From Prasinococcaceae sp. CCMP 1430 (Eukaryota > Plantae > Prasinodermophyta), in assembly GCA_013416795.1 (NCBI GenBank), contig RQSC01000678.1, positions 38,116-78,520 on the forward strand: a DNA stretch of 40,405 nucleotides, in the 5' to 3' direction. The number at the start of each line of letters is the position of its first letter. The first letter of the stretch is position 1. The translations under genes were made by a program, and so were the position numbers. Positions 30,901 to 40,405 of this stretch are shown piece after piece. The notes under the pieces are model-generated. The model ran no database searches. It was given only the letters and a program-made list of their open reading frames with translations, and was not told the DNA's origin.

Positions 30901-32086
30901 GGTGGAGGTGTACTACACGGCCACGGCGCCGATCGGAGGACTGCAAATGCGCGTGGAAGTAGGCGGCAATGGCGCGACATTTGATTCTGACGCTGCCACA
31001 GTCGGTGGAGCGGCTGCCGACGCCTTCGAGGTCGTGACGGGTAGCGGTCTTGGACCGAACGTGGTGGCCATCGGCACCGGCGATCCGCTGGACAGGGCGG
31101 CCGGCCAGTCGCTGCTGCTGTCCCTGAAGCTCGCGAATGGCACCGAGGCCGAGGGCACGCTCCCTTGCATCGCCGACGCAATCTTCACCGACACGGAGAA
31201 TCCGCCGCGTGCCATGGACGTGACGTTGCCGGACTGCGAGCAGCAGCCGCAGGCGAACTCACCGCCGCCATCCCCACCCCCGTCACCCCCGCCCGCGCCG
31301 GCGATCCCAGAAACCACCGCCGTGGCGTTCAACATGCGCTTCCCCGGTACGCTGGTCGCGACTGATGCGGATGGCATCGCGGCGAAGTCGGGTCTGCGCG
31401 AGGCCTTCGGCGAGCTGTACAGCGTGCCGCCGACGGCCGTGTCGGTGTTCATGTCGTTCCTGTGCGCAGACGGCGTTGTGCATAGCACACCTCAGCCGTG
31501 CACAGGACAGCGATCCGCCGATATCCCTGTCGTGTCAGCCGACGTGAACGTGGGTCAGGTGGCAGTATCTGCGGCCGAGTCGGTCACGGTCGACGACATC
31601 CGCCAGGCGCTCGCGTCCTCTACGAATGCGGGCATGCAAACCCTCGTGGGCACCGCCGACGCAGACTCGATCGGCGTGTTCGAGGTTGGCACGCCGAGCC
31701 CCCCGCTCGAAGCACCGCCCGCAGCTGCGCCTCCACCGCCTCCGCAGGAGGCAAGCGGCAGCAGCCCTTCGTCGGGCTCCCAAAGTAGTGGCGGGGGTGG
31801 GTTGAGCGGCGGCGCGATCGCGGGCATCGTCGTCGGGAGTGTCTTCGGCGCCTTGCTGCTCGTGCTGCTCACCTGGTGGCTCTGCCAGCGCAGGTCGTCT
31901 TCGGCGGCGGCGCGCGGCGGCGGTTCGAACCAGTTCGCGGTCTCATCGCAGCGCTCACCCGCGCACGGCGGCAGTGCCTACAACGGCGCAGGTGGCAGCG
32001 CGGGCTCGCCGGTCGTCTCCAAGAAAATGTCAAAGAAGCAGCGCGCGGTGATGCGCCACCAGGAGTTCGTGGATGAGGAGGTTTGA
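27925..32086 (+). CDS. Type I membrane protein with at least 7 cohesin-like beta-sandwich modules and Pro/Ser linkers; interrupted by two assembly artefacts
   Basis: Signal peptide (VALAGGVALALLAAGGPRAARG|Q). Repeated modules of about 125-140 aa with a VDV/I...G(F/I/L)QF...G.A..A...IP...L pattern and C-terminal Cys pairs. TM helix AIAGIVVGSVFGALLLVLLTWWLC near 31814-31885, then a short cytoplasmic tail. Frame break at about 29433; spurious stop at 29768-29770 inside a complemented segment. Confidence 0.8.
29732..29805. other. 74-bp segment that is the exact un-reversed complement of the repeat consensus (probable assembly artefact)
   Basis: Base-by-base complement of GCCACCAGCGGC...GCAGCTCTG, as seen intact at 37189-37262. 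Confidence 0.95.
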
Positions 32087-32206
32087 GCGCTGCGCCACGA
32101 GAGAAGCGAAGAGAAAGCGACTGTGTACTTCGTAAGTGAATAGGAACGTGCAGGTCTGCCGTCCGTGCTGCATCGAGCCACGCAGAGGCGACCGAGCGCC
32201 AACGTT

Positions 32207-33745
32207 TTAAGCGGCCTGCGGCGGCTCCTCGGGAATCTCCCCGAGCTTGTACACCCTCGCCGCGGTCGGCGCGCACGCGGCTCCCGCGCCTGGTCCGAAG
32301 CCACTGGCGGCTCCGTGCTGAACTGCGGGCTGACCGAACGCCACCGTGGGCGAGCCCGCCGCGGCTGGTTGTCCAAACGCCGCCGCTGGCGAGCCGGCGA
32401 CGACGGGGCTGGCGGGAGCCGGCTGCCCAAACGCGGTGGCGGGCGACCCCGCGGAGGCGGGGGTCGCCTGGGGGAAGGCCGACCCCGGAGAGACCGAGCC
32501 ACCTAATCCACCAGGATGAGCCTGCTGCTGCTGCGGCGCCGGCGGCTGCTGCGCGCCGAAGTGGCTGGGCTGCCCGAAGCCGCTCGGCTGCCCGAAGCCT
32601 GCGCCTGCGCCAGTCTGTCCGAAGCCACTGCCAGCGCCTGCGCTCGTCTGCCCCAAACCCGCTCCGGCACTGGGCTGTCCGAAGCCCCCACCAGCGGTCG
32701 CACTGGGCTGTCCGATGCCAGCGCCGGCCGCGGCCGCCTGTCCGAAGCCGCTGGGTTGTCCGAAGCCGCCTGCCGCGACTCCGCCTTGCGCCTGCCCGAA
32801 CCCGCCACCTGCGGGGGAGGCGCTGGCGCCCTGTCCAAACCCGCCTCCGGTCGTTCCGGCCACGCCCTGTCCGAAGCCGCCTCCCGCAGGCTTGCCGAAG
32901 CCCCCGCTGGCAGGCATGCCGAACCCACCCGCAGCCGCACCAGCGGCGCCCTGCCCGAAGCCGCTCGACTGTCCGAAGCCCCCTCCCGTCTGTCCAAAGC
33001 CGGCGCTTCGTTGGCCGAAGCCTCCGCCCGTCTGTCCGAAGCCACCGGCGGCCTGCGCTTGGCCCGTGCCCGAACCGAAGCCTCCTCCTCCCCCGCGGAA
33101 CCCTCCCTGCTGCTGCTGCTCGCCAGCGGGCCGGCCGAACCTGAGCGGTACGACGCCCTGTGGCGCCGGTGCTGCGGTCGGCATGCCGCCGCGCGCCTTG
33201 GAGACGGCCATGAGTTCCTGCTTGCGCGCGTGCGACGCGCGCTGCCACTCCGCGGCGTACGCCTGGAGCGGCGTGCCCGCACGCGCCGCCTCCATCGCGG
33301 CGAAGCGGTCCTCCTCGAAGCTCCAGTCGCCCCCCACGGCGCTCTGCCCGCTGCGCAGCGGCGCGTAGCACGTGAGATGCCACCGTGGCATCTCGTTCTT
33401 GAGGTCGTTGTTCGCCTCGGTGCGCCAGTCGCCGCCGCCGCGCGCGCCGGCATTCGTGTCGCCCACGCGCCCCTGCAGCGCGCCGAATCGGTTGCCCCCG
33501 CCAGCGTGCCCGCCCCCGCCACCCCACCCACCCTGGCCGCCCCACGCGCCGCTTCCGCCCCTGCTGCCGCCGTTGCTGCTGACGCGTGGAGCGCGCGCTG
33601 TGGCCCGCGTCGCGCGCTGCTCGGCGCTCGGCTCGCTCGGTCGGGGCGCGCGCTCGGTCGGCAGCTTCCTCAGCCTCGTGAAAAGCAGGGGAAGGGGGGG
33701 GGGAGGCGGCAGGAGCGCGCTTTTCGGATCAAAATTGCGCTTCAA
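32207..33745 (-). CDS. NUP42: FG-repeat nucleoporin, NUP42/NUPL2/CG1-like; 5' end unresolved
   Basis: The block NDLKNEMPRWHLTCYAP...DWSFEEDRFAA resembles the NUP42/CG1 N-terminal conserved region. Many GGFGQ/AFGQ repeats follow. The C-terminal YKLGEIPEEPP resembles the Gle1-binding motif. No credible ATG upstream of the conserved block. Confidence 0.72.
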   Translation of the reverse strand: MKRNFDPKSALLPPPPPLPLLFTRLRKLPTERAPRPSEPSAEQRATRATARAPRVSSNGGSRGGSGAWGGQGGWGGGGGHAGGGNRFGALQGRVGDTNAGARGGGDWRTEANNDLKNEMPRWHLTCYAPLRSGQSAVGGDWSFEEDRFAAMEAARAGTPLQAYAAEWQRASHARKQELMAVSKARGGMPTAAPAPQGVVPLRFGRPAGEQQQQGGFRGGGGGFGSGTGQAQAAGGFGQTGGGFGQRSAGFGQTGGGFGQSSGFGQGAAGAAAGGFGMPASGGFGKPAGGGFGQGVAGTTGGGFGQGASASPAGGGFGQAQGGVAAGGFGQPSGFGQAAAAGAGIGQPSATAGGGFGQPSAGAGLGQTSAGAGSGFGQTGAGAGFGQPSGFGQPSHFGAQQPPAPQQQQAHPGGLGGSVSPGSAFPQATPASAGSPATAFGQPAPASPVVAGSPAAAFGQPAAAGSPTVAFGQPAVQHGAASGFGPGAGAACAPTAARVYKLGEIPEEPPQAA

Positions 33746-34575
33746 TTCGCGCCGTGGTTGTGCTTCTGTCTGCGGTCGCGGGTGCTATCATTTCCCGGCC
33801 GGCCGGCTTGGGGGGGTCGTTGACTTCCCTGATACTCTTCCCTGCGGAAGCAAAAGCGAGGCAGGCAGCAAACCACAAACCACTGCTGAAACCAGCCTGC
33901 CAGCCCGGCCGGGGGTGCACACACCCGGTGTCTTTCGATGGTCTCCCCCAGTCAGGCGCGCCATCGATCGATGCAGACGAACCAAATGCCATCGATGGAT
34001 CCATCGACGCGTGCGCGAGACTCCCCAGGGGGGATCCCCGCCGCGTGCGTGCGGGCCTGGTCTGGCCGGGGCAGCCCCAACAACAAACCCAACCAACAAC
34101 ACCAACCAACCAATCGCGTTTGTCACCCAAACGCGAAACGCACCGCCCTGCCGCGGATCCGGATCCCAATCCGTCGCCCTCCGACCAAACTTTAGATAGC
34201 TCGCCGTAGCTCGCGCCGCGCCCGGCCCGTGGCGCGCTCCCCGCGCGACCGACCAACACCCGGCCAGACATGCAGCCAGCCAGGCAGGCCAGCCGGAGAT
34301 AAACACGACCACCTCGGGCGTTTTTCCCCCCCTCCCCCTTCTTCTGCCCTGCACATCCGTGGTGGGTCGTTTTCTTCGTCGCGGGCCTTTTGGGCAGCGG
34401 GATCATCGGGATGCGTGGGAAAATTCAGGCAAGCGGGGATTCTTCATCTTCATCGGCGCGGCGTGGCTGGGGGGGACCTCGGGGGAGGTGTGGCGGGCCT
34501 CTCCTCTGTCCTCTCTCCCGCCCACTGCACGGCGCCCGCGGCGCGCGCGGCACACGCTGCGCGCGCGCGGCGCAG

Positions 34576-37500
34576 ACCGTGCCTGGCAACGCTGTGCTGA
34601 CGACCATCGCGGTGAACAACACCACGGACGGCACGCAGCTCTGTGCTGTCGGCCCCATCCTGAGCGCAGAGGACGGCACTTCCGTGGCCGTCGAGGAGGC
34701 GTCGTGCGAGGTCCCCAGCGAGGTCCCTGGTCAGACCCCCGCCGACAACGCCACCAGCCCCGACAATGCGACCGACAGCGGCGGCGGCTTCGTCATCGAC
34801 GAGGACGTGCGCCTCTTCGTGGGAGAGCTGACCGACGGCGGCGTGGACGTGGACATCATGAACCCAGATGTGGCAGTGGCTGGCTTGGAGCTCCACTTCA
34901 TCGATCAGGACGGCAACAAGCTCACCATTGGAAGCGTCGGTGATGAGGGGGCCGCGGCCGCCGCAAACCTGCCAGCACGTAGCGAAGGGAATCGCGTAAC
35001 CTTCATCGACCTAGCAGCCGGCACAGCATCCATCCCTGCCGGTGGCCAGCGCTTGCTTGCTCGCTTCGAGTTCGGGAGCACGAACGGCGTGACCTCGGTG
35101 TGCCTTGAGCAGTTCGTGGTCACGTCCGCGACCGGCCAGACTCTAGAGACCAGCACCGTGTGTGGCGGCACGCCGGCCGTCGCGGGCGGCGAGGACAACG
35201 GCACGGACGTGCTGGCCAACGTGCGCGCCGAGCCGGTGAGCGATGGCACCTTCGACGTACTGTACCGGTCGAAGGTGCCGCTGTCGAGCTTCCGGTTCGA
35301 GCTGCGCACGCTGCTCGGCCAGGACGTGAGCTTCGCGAGCGCCGTGCCGGACACCGGCGCTGCCGGCGACGCAGGCTTCTCGGTGGTCGTGCGCGCGACC
35401 GGCGCCGTGAGTGGCCTGCGCCTCGACGGCCCGCCCGTCCCCGCCACCAGCGGCGACGACTACGCGGTGCTGACGACCATCGCGGTGAACAACACCACGG
35501 ACGGCACGCAGCTCTGTGCTGTCGGCCCGATCTTCAGCGCAGAGGACGGCACCTCCGTGGCCGTCGAGGAGGCGTCGTGCGAGGCTCCCAGCGCCGCCAC
35601 GAGCGACAACGCCACCAGCCCTGACAATGCAACCGACAGCGGCGGCGGCTTCGTCATCGACGAGGACGTGCGCCTCTTCGTGGGAGAGCTGACCGACGGC
35701 GGCGTAGACGTGGACATCATGAACCCAGATGTGGCAGTGGCTGCCTTGCAATTTACTTTCATCGATCAGGACGGCAACCCACTGACAGTCGCCAGCGTGG
35801 GCCAGGAGGGCGCCGCGGCCGACGCGGCCGTACCTGCCACCGTGAGCGGGGATCTCGTGGCGTTCTTCAGCCTGGGTGGGGGCTCCATCCCTGCCGGTGG
35901 CCAGCGTCTGCTTGCTCGCGTCGAGTTCGGGAGCGCGAACGGCGTGACCTCGGTGTGCCTTGAGCAGTTCGTGGTCACGTCCGAGACCGGCGACGTCGTG
36001 GAGGCCAGCACCGTGTGCGGCGGCAGCTCGGCCGGCAGCCCGCCGAGCTCGAGCTCGCCGTTGCCGTGCCTGCACGACCGGTTGCACGCGCGCGAGCCGG
36101 TGAGCGACGGCACCTTCGACGTACTGTACCGGTCGAAGGTACCGCTGGCGGGCTTCCAGTTCGAGCTGCGCACGCTGCTCGGCCAGGAAGTGAGCTTCGC
36201 GAGCGCCGTGTCGGACACCGGCGCTGCTGACGCCGCCGGCTTTACGGTGACCGTCGGTCCGACCGGCATCGTGACTGCTCTTGGCAGCCTGGCCAGTAGC
36301 GACCAGCTGATACCGGCCACCAGCGGCGACGACTTGCGACACGACTGCTGGTAGCGCCACTTGTTGTGGTGCCTGCCGTGCGTCGAGACTGCTGTCGGCC
36401 CCATCCTGAGCGCAGAGGACGGCACCTCCGTGGCCGTCGAGGAGGCGTCGTGCGAGGCTCCCAGCGCCGCCACGAGCGACAACGCCACCAGCCCCGACAA
36501 TGCGACCGACAGCGGCGGCGGCTTCGTCATCGACGAGGACGTGCGCCTCTTCGTGGGAGAGCTGACCGACGGCGGCGTGGACGTGGACATCATGAACCCA
36601 GATGTGGCAGTGGCTGCCTTGCAATTTACTTTCATCGATCAGGACGGCAACCCACTGACAGTCGCCAGCGTGGGCCAGGAGGGCGCCGCGGCCGACGCGG
36701 CCGTACCTGCCACCGTGAGCGAGGATCTCGTGGCGTTCTTCAGCCTGGGTGGCGGCTCCATCCCTGCCGGTGGCCAGCGTCTGCTGGCTCGCGTCGAGTT
36801 CGGGAGCGCGAACGGCGTGACCTCGGTGTGCCTTGAGCAGTTCGTGGTCACGTCCGAGACCGGCCAGACTCTAGAGACCAGCACCGTGTGCGGCGGCAGC
36901 TCGGCCGGCTCGGGCGGCTCGAGCTCGAGCGGCAACGGCACGGACGTGCTGGCCAACGTGCGCGCCGAGCCGGTGAGCGACGGCACCTTCGACGTACTGT
37001 ACCGGTCGAAGGTACCGCTGGCGGGCTTCCAGTTCGAGCTGCGCACGCTGCTCGGCCAGGAAGTGAGCTTCGCGAGCGCCGTGTCGGACACCGGCGCTGC
37101 TGACGCCGCCGGCTTTACGGTGACCGTCGGTCCGACCGGCATCGTGACTGCTCTTGGCAGCCTGGCCAGTAGCGACCAGCTGATACCGGCCACCAGCGGC
37201 GACGACTACGCTGTGCTGACGACCATCGCGGTGAACAACACCACGGACGGCACGCAGCTCTGCGCTGTCGGCCCCATCCTGAGCGCAGAGGACGGCACCT
37301 CCGTGGCCGTCGAGGAGGCGTCGTGCGAGGCTCCCAGCGCCGCCACGAGCGACAACGCCACCAGCCCCGACAATGCGACCGACAGCGGCGGCGGCTTCGT
37401 CATCGACGAGGACGTGCGCCTCTTCGTGGGAGAGCTGACCGACGGCGGCGTGGACGTGGACATCATGAACCCAGATGTGGCAGTGGCTGCCTTGCAATTT

Positions 37501-40405
37501 ACTTTCATCGATCAGGACGGCAACCCACTGACAGTCGCCAGCGTGGGCCAGGAGGGCGCCGCGGCGGACGCTGCCCTGTCGCCAACCATCGGCGACGACG
37601 GCGTGATCTTCTTCGCCCTTGGCAGCACCTTCACCATTCCCGCGGGGGACCAGCGCCTGCTGGCCCGCTTCGAGTTCGGGAGCACGAATGGCGTGACCTC
37701 GGTGTGCCTGCAGCAGTTCGTGGCGACGTCCGCGACCGGCGACGTTCTGACGACCAGCACCGTGTGCGGCGGCGAGGACAACGGCACGGACGTGCTGGCC
37801 AACGTGCGCGCCGAGCCGGTGAGCGACGGCACCTTCGACGTACTGTACCGGTCGAAGGTGCCGTTGGCGGGCTTCCAGTTCGAGCTGCGCACGCTGCTCG
37901 GCCAGGCAGTGAGCTTTGCGACGGCCATGCCCGAGAGCGGCGCCGCTGGCGACGCTGATTTCGTGACGGTCGTGGGCCCGACCGGCGTCGTGAGCGGCCT
38001 GCGCCTCATCAGCGACGGCCCGCCCGTCCCCGCGACCAGCGGCGACGTCTACGCGGTGCTGACGACCATCGCGGTGAACAACACCACGGATGGCACGCAG
38101 CTCTGCGCCGTGGGCCCCATCCTGACCGCGGAGGACGGCGACTCCGTGGCCGTCGAGGAGGCGTCGTGTGAAGTCCCCGACAATGCGACCGACAGCGGCG
38201 GCGGCTTCGTCATCGACGAGGACGTGCGCCTCTTCGTGGGAGAGCTGACCGACGGCGGCGTGGACGTGGACATCATGAACCCAGATGTGGCAGTGGCTGC
38301 CTTGCAATTTACCTTCATCGATCAGGACGGCAACCCACTGACAGTCGCCAGCGTGGGCCAGGAGGGCGCCGCGGCCGACGCGGCCGTACCTGCCACCGTG
38401 AGCGGGGATCTCGTGGCGTTCTTCAGCCTGGGTGGCGGCTCCATCCCTGCCGGTGGCCAGCGTCTGCTGGCTCGCGTCGAGTTCGGGAGCGCGAACGGCG
38501 TGACCTCGGTGTGCCTTGAGCAGTTCGTGGTCACGTCCGAGACCGGCCAGACTCTAGAGACCAGCACCGTGTGCGGCGGCAGCTCGGCCGGCTCGGGCGG
38601 CTCGAGCTCGAGCGGCAACGGCACGGACGTGCTGGCCAACGTGCGCGCCGAGCCGGTGAGCGACGGCACCTTCGACGTACTGTACCGGTCGAAGGTACCG
38701 CTGGCGGGCTTCCAGTTCGAGCTGCGCACGCTGCTCGGCCAGGAAGTGAGCTTCGCGAGCGCCGTGTCGGACACCGGCGCTGCTGACGCCGCCGGCTTTA
38801 CGGTGACCGTCGGTCCGACCGGCATCGTGACTGCTCTTGGCAGCCTGGCCAGTAGCGACCAGCTGATACCGGCCACCAGCGGCGACGACTACGCTGTGCT
38901 GACGACCATCGCGGTGAACAACACCACGGACGGCACGCAGCTCTGCGCTGTCGGCCCCATCCTGAGCGCAGAGGACGGCACCTCCGTGGCCGTCGAGGAG
39001 GCGTCGTGCGAGGCTCCCAGCGCCGCCACGAGCGACAACGCCACCAGCCCCGACAATGCGACCGACAGCGGCGGCGGCTTCGTCATCGACGAGGACGTGC
39101 GGCTCTTCGTGGGAGAGCTGACCGACGGCGGCGTAGACGTGGACATCATGAACCCAGATGTGGCAGTGGCTGCCTTGCAATTTACTTTCATCGATCAGGA
39201 CGGCAACCCACTGACAGTCGCCAGCGTGGGCCAGGAGGGCGCCGCGGCCGACGCGGCCGTACCTGCCACCGTGAGCGAGGATCTCGTGGCGTTTTTCAGC
39301 CTGGGTGGCGGCTCCATCCCTGCCGGCGGCCAGCGTCTGCTGGCTCGCGTCGAGTTCGGGAGCGCGAACGGCGTGACCTCGGTGTGCCTTGAGCAGTTCG
39401 TGGTCACGTCCGAGACCGGCCAGACTCTAGAGACCAGCACCGTGTGCGGCGGCAGCTCGGCCGGCTCGGGCGGCTCGAGCTCGAGCGGCAACGGCACGGA
39501 CGTGCTGGCCAACGTGCGCGCCGAGCCGGTGAGCGACGGCACCTTCGACGTACTGTACCGGTCGAAGGTACCGCTGGCGGGCTTCCAGTTCGAGCTGCGC
39601 ACGCTGCTCGGCCAGGAAGTGAGCTTCGCGAGCGCCGTGTCGGACACCGGCGCTGCTGACGCCGCCGGCTTTACGGTGACCGTCGGTCCGACCGGCATCG
39701 TGACTGCTCTTGGCAGCCTGGCCAGTAGCGACCAGCTGATACCGGCCACCAGCGGCGACGACTACGCTGTGCTGACGACCATCGCGGTGAACAACACCAC
39801 GGACGGCACGCAGCTCTGCGCTGTCGGCCCCATCCTGAGCGCAGAGGACGGCACCTCCGTGGCCGTCGAGGAGGCGTCGTGCGAGGCTCCCAGCGCCGCC
39901 ACGAGCGACAACGCCACCAGCCCCGACAATGCGACCGACAGCGGCGGCGGCTTCGTCATCGACGAGGACGTGCGGCTCTTCGTGGGAGAGCTGACCGACG
40001 GCGGCGTAGACGTGGACATCATGAACCCAGATGTGGCAGTGGCTGCCTTGCAATTTACTTTCATCGATCAGGACGGCAACCCACTGACAGTCGCCAGCGT
40101 GGGCCAGGAGGGCGCCGCGGCCGACGCGGCCGTACCTGCCACCGTGAGCGAGGATCTCGTGGCGTTTTTCAGCCTGGGTGGCGGCTCCATCCCTGCCGGC
40201 GGCCAGCGTCTGCTGGCTCGCGTCGAGTTCGGGAGCGCGAACGGCGTGACCTCGGTGTGCCTTGAGCAGTTCGTGGTCACGTCCGAGACCGGCCAGACTC
40301 TAGAGACCAGCACCGTGTGCGGCGGCAGCTCGGCCGGCTCGGGCGGCTCGAGCTCGAGCGGCAACGGCACGGACGTGCTGGCCAACGTGCGCGCCGAGCC
40401 GGTGA
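34576..40405 (+). CDS. Second cohesin-like tandem-module coding array, partial at both ends
   Basis: Candidate acceptor GGCGCAG| at 34575. Frame 1 is then open to the window end, except for TAG 36352-36354 inside a complemented segment. Same modules as in 27925-32086. Confidence 0.8.
36037..36092. other. 56-bp un-reversed complement segment (probable assembly artefact)
   Basis: Exact complement of TCGGGCGGCTCG...AACGTGCGCGC, as seen intact at 36910-36965. Confidence 0.95.
36335..36389. other. 55-bp un-reversed complement segment (probable assembly artefact) creating TAG 36352-36354
   Basis: Exact complement of ACGCTGTGCTGACG...GCAGCTCTG, as seen intact at 37208-37262. Confidence 0.95.

Larger units (their letters stand above)
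34798..40405 (+). repeat. Coding tandem array: units start at 34798, 35659, 36532, 37405, 38215, 39088 and 39961 (periods 861, 873, 873, 810, 873, 873 bp)
   Basis: Anchored on GACGAGGACGTGC (DEDV). Each unit is module A, a linker, module B and a second linker. All periods are multiples of 3. Confidence 0.97.

Noticed and set aside
29768-36354. Pseudogene calls for the cohesin-like genes based on TAG 29768-29770 and TAG 36352-36354
   Set aside because: Both stops lie inside un-reversed complement patches and vanish when the consensus is restored.
29732-36389. Invertible (phase-variation or shufflon-like) segments
   Set aside because: The patches are complements in the same order, not reverse complements, so they cannot be inversions. 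No flanking inverted repeats or recombinase are present.
27702-40385. Recurrent minus-strand ORFs (MKVNCKAATATSGF..., MAGISWSLLARL...) over the module arrays
   Set aside because: Antisense shadows that repeat only because the plus-strand coding unit repeats.

Overview
High-GC eukaryotic genomic DNA from a draft assembly (22-N gap at 2936-2957, single N at 27767). GTGCG/GTGTG/GTACG splice donors, CTGAC branch points, 105-264 bp introns and the gene content suggest a green alga, probably prasinophyte-like (inference). Bases 1-22.5 kb are mostly recognisable genes: PP2A B' subunit, MRM1-like rRNA methyltransferase, an intronless four-domain EEEE voltage-gated Ca2+ channel, a 4-exon DUF1295 protein, URB2, guanine deaminase, two orphans and a 55-bp palindromic minisatellite. 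Bases 22.9-40.4 kb look like a cell-surface accessory region. It holds two tandem paralogs for a secreted acidic Cys-rich protein (one has an extra GC-AG intron), a class I SAM methyltransferase, a type I membrane protein with at least 7 cohesin-like beta-sandwich modules, a NUP42-like FG nucleoporin, and a second array of the same modules in ~873-bp tandem units that runs off the window. The stops that break both arrays lie inside short segments that are the exact un-reversed complement of the repeat consensus. These are almost certainly assembly artefacts, and correcting them restores the frames. Best candidate for new biology: a eukaryotic scaffoldin-like multi-cohesin surface protein family, possibly with neighbouring Ca2+-loop secreted partners. 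The fold and partner assignments are inferences that need HMM or structure tests.
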